From Bdellovibrionota bacterium (GTDB lineage Bacteria > Bdellovibrionota_C > UBA2361 > CAKMMH01), in NCBI GenBank assembly GCA_050952645.1, contig JBMNLI010000012.1, positions 287,588 through 351,587 on the forward strand: a DNA stretch of 64,000 nt, read 5' to 3'. Below are positions 1 to 9,357 of the stretch, one piece after another. Made by a program: the position numbers and the translations under genes. Numbering within the stretch: position 1 is the stretch's first letter; each line of letters starts with the position of its first letter. The notes under the pieces are model-generated. The model did not search any database. It saw only the letters and a list, made by a program, of their open reading frames with translations, and had not been told where the DNA came from.

Positions 1-693
1 AAGCTATTAGCAGTCCCTTTAAATATTTTAATTAAAATTCTTTATCCTCTTATATATATTTCACAGTTTGTTTCTAAAAAATTTCAAGGAAACTCAAAAG
101 GAGAAAAAATACGTGCAGAAGAAGTTTTAACGATAGCAGAAATGGGAACTAAGGAAGGTGCGCTAGACAATTTAGAGGGAGCAGTAATAGAAAATATTAT
201 AGAGTTAGACGGCGTGTTAGTAAAAACCATTATGACGCCTAGAACTGTCGTTACTCGCTTCATGGAAGACCTTACATTAGATGAAATAGCGTTAGAGTTA
301 GAAAACCTTGCCTTTTCTAGAATTCCACTCTATTCATCTGAAAACCCAGATAAGCTAACTAGCTACGTCACGCAGCGAGATATTTTACAAGAGTTGATAA
401 AAGGAAATAGGAACAAGAAGCTTAAAAGCATAGCTAGACCTTTAAAAACTGTGCCAGATTTAATGCGATGCGATGCGCTCCTTTTAGATATGTTTAATAC
501 TAAAGAGCACTTCTATGCAGCGGTTGACGAGTATGGAGGACTTTCAGGCATTATCACGCTAGAAGATATCATCGAACAAATTATAGGACATGAAATAGTA
601 GATGAGTATGATGCGGTAAGCAATCTTAGGGCGCTTGCAAGACTTTTAAGATTTAAAAAGTGTAGAGAAAATGAGCTTAGTAACAATGCTTAG
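1..693 (+). CDS. CNNM/HlyC-CorC family transporter (hemolysin-family protein), 5'-truncated at window edge. CBS-domain pair plus C-terminal CorC_HlyC domain; frame 1 is open from base 1.
   Basis: No stop codon in frame 1 from position 1 to 693. Translation contains a CBS-pair-like segment and a CorC/HlyC-type C-terminal domain (GLSGIITLEDIIEQIIGHEIVDEYD). The tracked ORF 142..693 is the in-window tail. Confidence 0.7.
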   Translation, partial: KLLAVPLNILIKILYPLIYISQFVSKKFQGNSKGEKIRAEEVLTIAEMGTKEGALDNLEGAVIENIIELDGVLVKTIMTPRTVVTRFMEDLTLDEIALELENLAFSRIPLYSSENPDKLTSYVTQRDILQELIKGNRNKKLKSIARPLKTVPDLMRCDALLLDMFNTKEHFYAAVDEYGGLSGIITLEDIIEQIIGHEIVDEYDAVSNLRALARLLRFKKCRENELSNNA

Positions 694-908
694 TAGCAAT
701 GAGTTTAGTAGCTAGAAATGGGAAAAGAGTAGGAAAAGAATATAAAGAGAGTAGAAAAACAAAAACGGTAGTTCATTTCACGTGTTTAAGTGGGTTAGAA
801 AAAAATTACAGCTACACTTAAAGTTTAGGTTTTAAAGTAATTTATTTTATTTAAACACTTTTAAACGTGTAGAACTGTATTTATCAATAACTAGTTTTTA
901 CTAGTTTT

Positions 909-1649
909 TTACGAGCTAGGCTCGATATAAATTGCGCTATCGCCATCTAGCCACCTTAAAATTTTCATCATATTTTTTTTAGAAACTGCCACGCATCCAC
1001 TAGTCGGTTTATCATTTTCTACGTGTAGGAAAATAGCTGAACCCTTATATTTTACTGGTGGATTATTATAATCGATTACGACTGCGTATTGATATTCTAC
1101 ACTTTCTTTTATTAAATGCTCTGATGAGTTCCAAGTAGGTTTCTTTCCTTTTTCTAAAATTTGCATAGTGTTATAAAACTTGCTTTCAGGATCATCTACC
1201 CAGTGTTCTAGTCCGCTTAGCTTTACGTATGGAATATTAGTGTCTATATAATTTATTCCAAAGCCACTTTTAAGAGCATAAAGCCCGCTTGGAGTTTTTC
1301 CGTCTCCTTCTCTTTTTCCCCCTTTTTTAGCTACTCCTTGTCTTCCTACTCGTCCATTAATTTTACTAGCTATTATCCATGTATCGTTTGTTTTTTCAAA
1401 AAGAGTAATATTAGCAAAGGAGATGTTATAAGGCTTAACGAAAATAAGCTTTTTTATTTTATTATCGATATTAAGATTATTAATATTAAAATTAGCTAAG
1501 GAATTATCTATATTTTTTTTACCACTAATGTTTTCGCTGTTAATGTTTAAGCTGCAGGAAGAAAGTAAAAACATAGAGAATGTAGAAAAGAATGTACAAA
1601 ATAGAGTAAAGAGTTTTTTTATTATTATTTTTTTATTTATTATTTTCAT
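909..1649 (-). CDS. L,D-transpeptidase (YkuD-domain) lipoprotein
   Basis: Lipobox-like signal (LLSSCSLN). YkuD-type catalytic region (GDGKTPSGLY ... FLHVENDKPTSGCVAV) with the His/Cys motif. Confidence 0.6.
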   Translation of the reverse strand: MKIINKKIIIKKLFTLFCTFFSTFSMFLLSSCSLNINSENISGKKNIDNSLANFNINNLNIDNKIKKLIFVKPYNISFANITLFEKTNDTWIIASKINGRVGRQGVAKKGGKREGDGKTPSGLYALKSGFGINYIDTNIPYVKLSGLEHWVDDPESKFYNTMQILEKGKKPTWNSSEHLIKESVEYQYAVVIDYNNPPVKYKGSAIFLHVENDKPTSGCVAVSKKNMMKILRWLDGDSAIYIEPSS

Positions 1650-1784
1650 TATTTTTAACGACTCCCCTACTTATCACAAAAATTTCTAATAAATTTTAAA
1701 TATTGCAAATTGTATCATTTAATTTTATCCTTAAGAAGTGGTGTTTTTTTGTAATAAAAAATATAAAAATAGGAAAATCTTTAT

Positions 1785-3158
1785 ATGAAAAAGTTAGTAA
1801 AAAATTTTACATTATTATTATCAAAATTATTAACAATATTATTAGTATCTTTTAGTTTTATAAGTTTAGTTTCTTGCTATGGAAAGCCTAAACAAAAAAA
1901 TGTGATATTTATTTTAATCGATACATTAAGAGCAGATCATTTAAGCTACTATGGATATGAAAGAGATACTACGCCTAATATAGATGCTTTTGCAAAAGAG
2001 AGTCTAGTTTTTAAAAATGCTTTTTCCCCTGCCCCATGGACGCCAGCTGCAATGGCATCGATTTTTACAGGCACTTACACAACGACACACGGCATGGTTC
2101 CTCCTAACTCTAGAGAGGAAGCCTTAAGAGCAGCTACAAAACTTTCGGATAAAGTTTACACTCTTTCAGAGCTTTTTAAAGATAATGGCTACTACACCAT
2201 GGCGGTTCAAACTAATCCTTGGCTTACTGAAACTTTCGGGTATGCACAAGGGTTTGACACGTATATTCATAAAAATAGGATAAAGGCAAAAGCGGTAAAT
2301 AATGAAGCTTATAATTTAATAAACGATTATTTAGCTAATAAGGAAAATAAAAATAAGCCCTTTTATTTATACTTACATTATATGGATCCTCACAATCCTT
2401 ATGAAGCGCCTAGAGAATACGATAGATATTATAAAGACACTATAAAAGGAGACTATAACGACAGGGCTCAAGAACTTATTAGAAGATATGATAGAGAAAT
2501 AAAGTATACCGACGATAAACTTGGAGAGTTGTTTAATTTTTTAAAAGAAAAAAAACTATACAAAAATTCCGTTATCGTTTTTCTAACCGACCACGGAGAG
2601 CAGTTTTTTGAAAGAGGTCATCAAGGTCATGGGTTTTATCTTTATAACGAAGAGATTCACGTTCCGTTTTTTATTCGTGCTAAAGGACATAAAGGAGAAG
2701 TTTTACAGGCTGTAAGCTCGATAGACTTATTTGAGACTCTTGTAGATTTAAATAAGCTTAAAAATGATAAGTCTACTACTCAAGGTTTTTCTTTAATATC
2801 TAAGGAGGGGCTAGAGCAAAGAAAAAGGACCGATGTTTTAAGTGAGATAAAAAGAAAGTTCCAGCAAAAGGCTATTATAACTACTAATTTAAATAAGCTT
2901 ATAAATGAATACAGTTTAGAGACGAAAGATACCGATATATTAAATATAACACCCGATAAACAAAGAGTTTTTGATATTTCTAGTGATGCACTAGAGAAAA
3001 AAGAAGTTCATGACGATAATTTATTTAATAGACTTAATAAAAGATTTATAAAAGTTTATTCTAATGTGCTGAAAAGCAAAATTACACTCGATAAGGACGA
3101 TTCGCTTAAAATGGACGAAAAGACTGCGAGTGAATTAAAATCGTTAGGCTATTTATAG
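1785..3158 (+). CDS. secreted alkaline-phosphatase-superfamily hydrolase (sulfatase/ENPP-like), paralog 1
   Basis: Signal peptide. Metal-binding N-terminus IFILIDTLRADHL; core TPAAMASIFTG..THG; C-terminal LTDHGEQF..GHQGHG and tail ELKSLGYL typical of sulfatase-fold enzymes. Confidence 0.65.
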   Translation: MKKLVKNFTLLLSKLLTILLVSFSFISLVSCYGKPKQKNVIFILIDTLRADHLSYYGYERDTTPNIDAFAKESLVFKNAFSPAPWTPAAMASIFTGTYTTTHGMVPPNSREEALRAATKLSDKVYTLSELFKDNGYYTMAVQTNPWLTETFGYAQGFDTYIHKNRIKAKAVNNEAYNLINDYLANKENKNKPFYLYLHYMDPHNPYEAPREYDRYYKDTIKGDYNDRAQELIRRYDREIKYTDDKLGELFNFLKEKKLYKNSVIVFLTDHGEQFFERGHQGHGFYLYNEEIHVPFFIRAKGHKGEVLQAVSSIDLFETLVDLNKLKNDKSTTQGFSLISKEGLEQRKRTDVLSEIKRKFQQKAIITTNLNKLINEYSLETKDTDILNITPDKQRVFDISSDALEKKEVHDDNLFNRLNKRFIKVYSNVLKSKITLDKDDSLKMDEKTASELKSLGYL

Positions 3159-3196
3159 CAATTTAAAGATTATAATAATTTACAGATATTTTATAT

Positions 3197-3862
3197 ATGA
3201 AATTCTTTAGGGAAAAATCTTTTTTATTAACTTTACTTATACTGCTTTCGTTTATTTTCTTTACGCCATACTTGCTTTTTGCTAAGGAGAAAGAAGCGAA
3301 AACTTGGCAGAAAAATGCTAAAGGTTTTTTTAATGAAGAGTTTGTAGTTAAGAAAAAAGAAAAAAAAGAGATTAAAAAAAAGTTCAACGCAGGCACTGGG
3401 TTTACGGAGTTTGAAGAGGTCACTCCTACTCTAGAAGTTCTTAAAGGTGCTCCCCATCAAGAAAAAGAACCTTTTGCAGAAAATGAAAAGGAAGAAAGAG
3501 AGGTTTATTACATTAAAGCGTTTATAAATGCAGATGATTACAAGCATTATAAAGATGAAAAAGAAAAGGCAAAAGATTTTTGTCTTAGAAATAATATTCA
3601 TCTTATGAATTTATATGCTATTTGTAATAAGTGTGATAAAGAGAAAGTTTTTAAAGATTTTGATTGGCTACATTCTTTTATTTTAGGAAGTGTTTTTAGA
3701 ATTATAAAAACACTTCCTAGTAATTATATTAGTATTGAGAAATCACCAGCTTATGCCGTTGGGTTAAAAAATGGTGAAATAATACTAGAAGGGAATGATT
3801 TATTAGAAAAGTATATAAGGAAATCCTTTTATATAGGAGAGTTAGAAGCTAAAAAACTATAA
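3197..3862 (+). CDS. hypothetical secreted protein
   Basis: Signal peptide (LLTLLILLSFIFFTPYLLFA). Lys/Glu-rich. No recognisable domain. Confidence 0.4.
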   Translation: MKFFREKSFLLTLLILLSFIFFTPYLLFAKEKEAKTWQKNAKGFFNEEFVVKKKEKKEIKKKFNAGTGFTEFEEVTPTLEVLKGAPHQEKEPFAENEKEEREVYYIKAFINADDYKHYKDEKEKAKDFCLRNNIHLMNLYAICNKCDKEKVFKDFDWLHSFILGSVFRIIKTLPSNYISIEKSPAYAVGLKNGEIILEGNDLLEKYIRKSFYIGELEAKKL

Positions 3863-3935
3863 ATGTTTATATAACAATATGCGTAACTTTTTTTAAAAGA
3901 TGAGAATTTTTTAAAGACTAGAAGCAAGATAATAG

Positions 3936-4811
3936 ATGAGAGAGCTACTTATAATGAAAAAAATTTTTACCTTACAATTTTTTACTTTATTACTCGCATT
4001 ACTTATAGCTCAAATGCTTATTTTTGCAAACGGTGCGATGTGTGAAACTAAAAAAACGCAAATAAAAATAGATAGAAAAAAAATTCAGCGTGAGGTTTTA
4101 GAAAATTCTTATAATGAGATTATTGAAGATTATAAAAATAGCTATAATGGACGGAAATTAGAAAAAAAATGGGAAAAAGCGTTATACGAAACGTTAAAAA
4201 ATGGGAATAATTATGCAAAAAACTTTAACATGAAGCAAAATGTGCTATTTCATATTCGTTCAAAAGAGAAAAATTTAGATATGTCTTATACTAACAAGGA
4301 CTACGTAGCAAAGGCAGATAATAAGGAGCAAAACACTACATTATCAAGGCAAGAGCTTGAAGAAAGTAGTAAAGAAATGGAAAAATCTATAGAAAAACAT
4401 TATACCCCAAAACGTATAGAAAATTGCAAAAAAAGTTTTACAGAAACTGAAGCAAATGCACTTAGGGACAGATATGCTTTGCGAGAAGAAAACGAAGTAG
4501 TCTTTGATGAGCTTTTACTTTCAAAAGATGTATTAAAATATATAAAAAAAGATAAGCTAATCGAAAAAGATTTTTTTGGTGATAAAAATAAGATTAAATT
4601 TTATTCTAATGAGCCATTTGATTTTGTTTCTCTAAAATTAAAAGATTTTGAAGTAAAATGTCTTCCATTAAGAGTAATAGTAACTAAAAACACTATCACT
4701 AGGCATTACGGAGTAAATGCTTTAAAAAATTATGATTTTAAAAAAGAAGATGGCGAGCTTCATTATCAAGTAAAAAAGAATTTAAAGAAATTACTTTTAG
4801 ACTTAGATTAG
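3936..4811 (+). CDS. hypothetical secreted protein (Lys/Glu-rich)
   Basis: Signal peptide. True start is probably the second Met (3954). No recognisable domain. Confidence 0.4.
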   Translation: MRELLIMKKIFTLQFFTLLLALLIAQMLIFANGAMCETKKTQIKIDRKKIQREVLENSYNEIIEDYKNSYNGRKLEKKWEKALYETLKNGNNYAKNFNMKQNVLFHIRSKEKNLDMSYTNKDYVAKADNKEQNTTLSRQELEESSKEMEKSIEKHYTPKRIENCKKSFTETEANALRDRYALREENEVVFDELLLSKDVLKYIKKDKLIEKDFFGDKNKIKFYSNEPFDFVSLKLKDFEVKCLPLRVIVTKNTITRHYGVNALKNYDFKKEDGELHYQVKKNLKKLLLDLD

Positions 4812-4907
4812 GTTTAAAAGCTTAAAATTAGCCTTTAAGATAATTATTAAGATAATTAGAGTTTGAAAAAATTAAGTTTGAAAAAAAACGTTAACAAAGG
4901 TTATATT

Positions 4908-7900
4908 ATGAAAAATTACTTTATAAATAAAAATTATAAATTAAGAGTAGTAGTAACTATATTTTTTATATTTTTCTTTATAGCATCTCCTTTATACGCA
5001 GAGTTTGATGATTTTAGTGATGCAGTGCCTAAAGGTGCAAGTGTAGAAAATTTAAATAAATACAATACTAATACTAATATTAATACTACTACTAATACTG
5101 CTACTACGAATATTAATGCTAATACAAACGTTAATAAGCCTACAAATTCTAATGTAAACGATGCTTCAAATACCTTTTCTAACACTAATAAACCTACTAG
5201 TGATACTACTAATACTTTAAACCAATCGGGTGCTAACAAGCCTACTACTACTACTAATAATAATAATAATAATAATAAGCCATCTCGTAAAATAACTAGA
5301 CAAGAAGCGATAGCCGAGATAAATAGTCAACTTAACAATGTAAAGCAAGCTACAATGCTACTAAATGTAATAGGAATAAATAATTATGGAAATTTTATAA
5401 ATCATATAGGCGGAGTGCAAAACATACTTTCAACCATAAATTCTTTTGGTGGAGTTAATAGTTTTGCTTCCGTTGTAAATAGTCTTCAAGGATTTAAAAA
5501 CTTTCAATCTTTAATAAACCAAGTAAATGGAATAAGCAACCTTGCGCAATTTATAAACGGCCCAAATATTGGTGGCGTTAGAAATTTTATATCTCTTATA
5601 AGGTCGCTAGGAGGAGGCGGAAATTTGCAATCACTTCTAGGAGATATTGGAGGGCTTGGAAGCTTAAATTCGCTTATAGGAAATCTCGGGGGTATTGGAA
5701 GCTTTCAATCGATACTTAGTGCTTTAGGTGGCTTTGGAAATTTTTCTTCGCTAATAAGTGGTATAGGCTTTGGAAATTTAGCTAACTTTATAAGTGGCAT
5801 TGGTGGTATTGAAAACCTTGCAAATTTTGCAGGGATAGTAACATCGCTATTCGGGGGATTTGGTAGTAATCTTTTTCAAAGTTTTTTAGCAAACTTAAAT
5901 TTACTTGGAAGTTTAGGAAATATCCCTAGTATTTCAAGTATATTGTCGCAATTTGGTTTTGCTAATCTTTTAGATTTTATGAACTGGGCTGAAAGATATC
6001 TAAGATTTTTCGGTATATCTTTAGGTTCTATAGCAAGTGATTGTGAAAATTCAAATAGCGTCTTGACTTGTGCGAGCCAAGCGATGGTCAACGGAACTAT
6101 GAACCTATTTGGAGCTGCTGGAGGAGAATATACTTGTAATGGTGGAGTTTGTAGCCGAAATAATACTATGAAGCAAGCTAGTAAATGCCAAGGTGGCTAC
6201 TGCCCTACTACGCAAAACTTTGATAATTTTGATAAGAATTTAAAATTTTTTCCTAAGGAGATTAGGCTAGACCCTAATTTGAAAAAAAAAACTAAATTAA
6301 CTAAAAGTAATGATATAGCGATTAATCAAAAAGATAATAAACGTGATGAAATTATGCAAGACATAGCTAGTCAGTTGCGTGGTTCTGAAAGGGAAGAAAC
6401 TTTTAAAGCGGTAAAAGAGCAAATAGATAAATATGTAGATACATCTGCTAAAGAAACTAGTTCAAAAGATAGAAAATTACCATTTGCTATAGGAAATGAA
6501 AAAGCATCTGAAATGCGAAGCAAAGAAGAAGCAATCGCTTTAGCTGGTGATTTTAAAATGTGCAATAAAAAAATTGCAAGCGACAGATTAGATATAAATA
6601 TGCTAACGGCTCCGCAGCTTAATTATAAAGAGAATGTTTCTTGTAAAGACGGCACAGGAATATATCTTTCCTCAGCAAAAAACGTATCTAAAGGCAGTTA
6701 TTTTGAACACCGTGCTTATAATCGATTGCAAGGGAGACTCTCAGATTTTATTGGCGACCCAGAAGGAATATTAACTGGTTGTTATGAAATACATAAGGTA
6801 AAACCTCAGTATTATAATATATTAAGACCCGTTGGAAGATGTAGAATGACATTTAACCTAAAAGGCACTAAAATAGGTGTTCCTTCAAAGTTTAAAGAGC
6901 AAATTTGGCTACCTTTTGTTGGTTGTGCCTTAGGTTGCAAAAAATGGACTATAATCTCTGAAAAAGTAGAATACTACTACCCTACTCATAAGATAACTTT
7001 AAGCCAGGACCCATTATATAGTAGATATTTAGAAAAGAACACGGCAGAGAAGATGCTTGCAAAATATAAAAATGCTGTAAAAACGGAGCTAGAAACGGCT
7101 ACATCTAGCAAAGAGCTATCTCAAACGCTTTTAGAAAGCGTATCAAAGTCTGAAAAAAGAGGCTCAGAGGCGAAATTTAAGGGAAAGAGTGATATGGAGA
7201 TACAAGCGACTAAGGGCGTGCCAGAAACTGCATTTTTAGGGCAAATTCAGCACGGTTATATGAGAATTTTTCCATTCGATGCTGCCGAAGAAAAAATGGC
7301 AAATAATGTGTGGAGAAATTCCTACATTGCTTCCTCTAAACAAGCACTTCCGCATGTTTCGGCAAATAAATCTTATTGGGGAACTGATTTTAGTGGAGAA
7401 AGCGATAAATTTTTTACTCCAAACCATACGAGTAAAGATAAAGAAAATTTACAGTTCTACTTAAATTATGCTGGAAATGAAAAACAACAAATATTACGAA
7501 ATAAGCATTTAGAGCATATAAATATTCCTTGGAATACAGTTAGAAGAGATGGACTTACAGGGGGGTCTTATATATATGTAACCGACCAAAAAACCGACCC
7601 AATATTACATGAAAAAGGAGCTCTTCCAGATGAAGAACTTAATCAATTAAATCAGCATAACACTCCTATCAGAAACAAGAATGCGTTTGGAGTTGGAAAT
7701 ATATCATCTTTAAATAATCTTACTCCGACGGGTAATAGCGATTATATAACACAAACGCTAATTCGTGGCTTTAATATGTTTTTAGCGGAGAAAAGCCCAA
7801 TAAAAACTTTAACTTTTGAGCACGAAGATAAGGCAAAGCCTTTATTAGGAACTGGTATGGGCGAGGTTGGGTTTTGCAAACCACTTGTAGGAACTGATGA

Positions 7901-8480
7901 TCCTCAAATGTTGCCTTATAAATATCTAAATCATGCAGTTGTAAAAACTATTGTAGGCGATACTTTTTACCAAACGACGCTTGCTCCTATAACGAAAAGA
8001 AATCCAATGATACGTGGCGAAAGGCAAACATTTAAGCTTAAGTATGATTTATTACATGCTCCAGTTTTAGAAGAGGATAATGGAGAAAAATATCCAAAAT
8101 CTTTTAATGAAGATTTCAATAAGGATGTTCAGAATATACTTAATAAAAAGCTAAAGAAAGACGAGTTGAATGTAGATGAAATAAAGGGAGACACTTGTTA
8201 TGCGTTATTTGAAGCGACTAATAATAATTTAGATTTTAATATGGTCAACACTCTTACTAATAAATATAAAAATGTCTCAACACTTGCTAACAAAGGTGAA
8301 ATAAGTTTTACATTATATACTTTATTTTCAGGGACTATCGCTTTCCCAGGAATGACGTGCCACACTTGGTATCACGGAGTTGGCGTTACGCCTAGGCCAC
8401 AAGCGGGACATTGTTATGATATGTTTGGTGGCTCAAAGGCTACTCCTAAAATTAGAAACGATGAGTTTCGTTTATTTTAA
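4908..8480 (+). CDS. very large secreted protein: Asn/Thr-rich low-complexity region, ~11-residue Gly-x-x-N/S-F-x-S-L-I repeats, Cys-rich segment, large C-terminal domain of unknown function
   Basis: Long ORF (tracked from 4863; likely start ATG at 4908 after AAAGG). Signal peptide (VVTIFFIFFFIASPLYA). The repeat array is visible in the translation (GGVNSFASVVNSLQGFKNFQSLINQVNGISNLAQFING...). Contains an (AAT)7 run encoding poly-Asn at ~5257-5277. Confidence 0.6.
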   Translation: MKNYFINKNYKLRVVVTIFFIFFFIASPLYAEFDDFSDAVPKGASVENLNKYNTNTNINTTTNTATTNINANTNVNKPTNSNVNDASNTFSNTNKPTSDTTNTLNQSGANKPTTTTNNNNNNNKPSRKITRQEAIAEINSQLNNVKQATMLLNVIGINNYGNFINHIGGVQNILSTINSFGGVNSFASVVNSLQGFKNFQSLINQVNGISNLAQFINGPNIGGVRNFISLIRSLGGGGNLQSLLGDIGGLGSLNSLIGNLGGIGSFQSILSALGGFGNFSSLISGIGFGNLANFISGIGGIENLANFAGIVTSLFGGFGSNLFQSFLANLNLLGSLGNIPSISSILSQFGFANLLDFMNWAERYLRFFGISLGSIASDCENSNSVLTCASQAMVNGTMNLFGAAGGEYTCNGGVCSRNNTMKQASKCQGGYCPTTQNFDNFDKNLKFFPKEIRLDPNLKKKTKLTKSNDIAINQKDNKRDEIMQDIASQLRGSEREETFKAVKEQIDKYVDTSAKETSSKDRKLPFAIGNEKASEMRSKEEAIALAGDFKMCNKKIASDRLDINMLTAPQLNYKENVSCKDGTGIYLSSAKNVSKGSYFEHRAYNRLQGRLSDFIGDPEGILTGCYEIHKVKPQYYNILRPVGRCRMTFNLKGTKIGVPSKFKEQIWLPFVGCALGCKKWTIISEKVEYYYPTHKITLSQDPLYSRYLEKNTAEKMLAKYKNAVKTELETATSSKELSQTLLESVSKSEKRGSEAKFKGKSDMEIQATKGVPETAFLGQIQHGYMRIFPFDAAEEKMANNVWRNSYIASSKQALPHVSANKSYWGTDFSGESDKFFTPNHTSKDKENLQFYLNYAGNEKQQILRNKHLEHINIPWNTVRRDGLTGGSYIYVTDQKTDPILHEKGALPDEELNQLNQHNTPIRNKNAFGVGNISSLNNLTPTGNSDYITQTLIRGFNMFLAEKSPIKTLTFEHEDKAKPLLGTGMGEVGFCKPLVGTDDPQMLPYKYLNHAVVKTIVGDTFYQTTLAPITKRNPMIRGERQTFKLKYDLLHAPVLEEDNGEKYPKSFNEDFNKDVQNILNKKLKKDELNVDEIKGDTCYALFEATNNNLDFNMVNTLTNKYKNVSTLANKGEISFTLYTLFSGTIAFPGMTCHTWYHGVGVTPRPQAGHCYDMFGGSKATPKIRNDEFRLF

Positions 8481-8520
8481 AGCTTTTTTTTTTAGATGTT
8501 TTAACTATAAAAGAAACTAA

Positions 8521-8608
8521 TTCTTCACGTTTTAAGGTGATTTTAAGCTCTTAAAGTTAGCAAAAGTTAGCATAGTCTAGTCTTAGGAAGCCTTAAAACG
8601 TGAAGAAC
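8521..8608. repeat. MITE-like element, copy 1 (88 bp) with perfect 17-19 bp terminal inverted repeats TTCTTCACGTTTTAAGG(TG)
   Basis: Left end ttcttcacgttttaaggtg and right end ccttaaaacgtgaagaac are exact reverse complements. Related ends recur at 12524, 21153, 23283, 44657/44757 and 53334. Confidence 0.7.
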
Positions 8609-8988
8609 TAAAAAAAAACTTAAGAAAAAGACAAACTTACCTTAAAGCCTAAACTTTCTCTATATTTACGTATACTATGTTTTTTAAGAGCTTAAAACTT
8701 TAGCTTTGAGGCTAGTGTTTATCTTTCTTTAAGTGAATACGTATTTACGTCCGTTATTTTAATAATTTATGCGAGTGTTTCGTAACTTTTTTAAATTATT
8801 TTGAGTAGGTTCCCTAAATTCTCATTAAATTTTATACGTAAGACTAGGGAAAATTTGGGTTTTAAGCTTAAAATCTTTTAAAACATGCAAAACCCGTTTT
8901 TTTTAGAAGCATTTAGCCTACTAATAAAGATTATATATATAGGAAATTAAAGGTTTTTTATGTTTTTTTTATGGTAGGAGTAGTAAAT

Positions 8989-9156
8989 ATGATTTTATTT
9001 AATAATTCTAATTTAGCAACTAAACTCGATGAAAGCGTTAATTTTAGTAATTTGGCTACTGAAACGAGTGAGTGTGCTACCGATAAAGCAGAATTTGATA
9101 AATTGTTAAAAGCATATCTTGATGGTATAAAAGTTTATACTGTAAAGCAAAGTTAA
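8989..9156 (+). CDS. small hypothetical protein (~55 aa)
   Basis: AGGAG 8 nt upstream of the ATG at 8989. No homology recognised. Could be non-coding. Confidence 0.25.
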   Translation: MILFNNSNLATKLDESVNFSNLATETSECATDKAEFDKLLKAYLDGIKVYTVKQS

Positions 9157-9357
9157 GAGTAAGAACAAGAGTAAGAATAAGAAGTTTATCATATTTTAAA
9201 ATATTTGTTTTAATTAGGTTTAAATTATAATTTTTTTTACATATTATACTAAATTCTTTTTGTTTTAATAACAATAATATGGTAGTATGATATTACTTTT
9301 AGGAGTAGCAATATTAGTTTAAAAACAGCGTTATTTTGTTTAATATTTAAAAAGGAT

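Noticed and set aside
4934-5239. Antisense ORF (101 aa) inside the large secreted protein gene
   Set aside because: It lies entirely within and opposite the Asn/Thr-rich repeat region of a clearly coding gene. Its translation is low-complexity Val/Leu, produced by reading AAT/ACT repeats in reverse.
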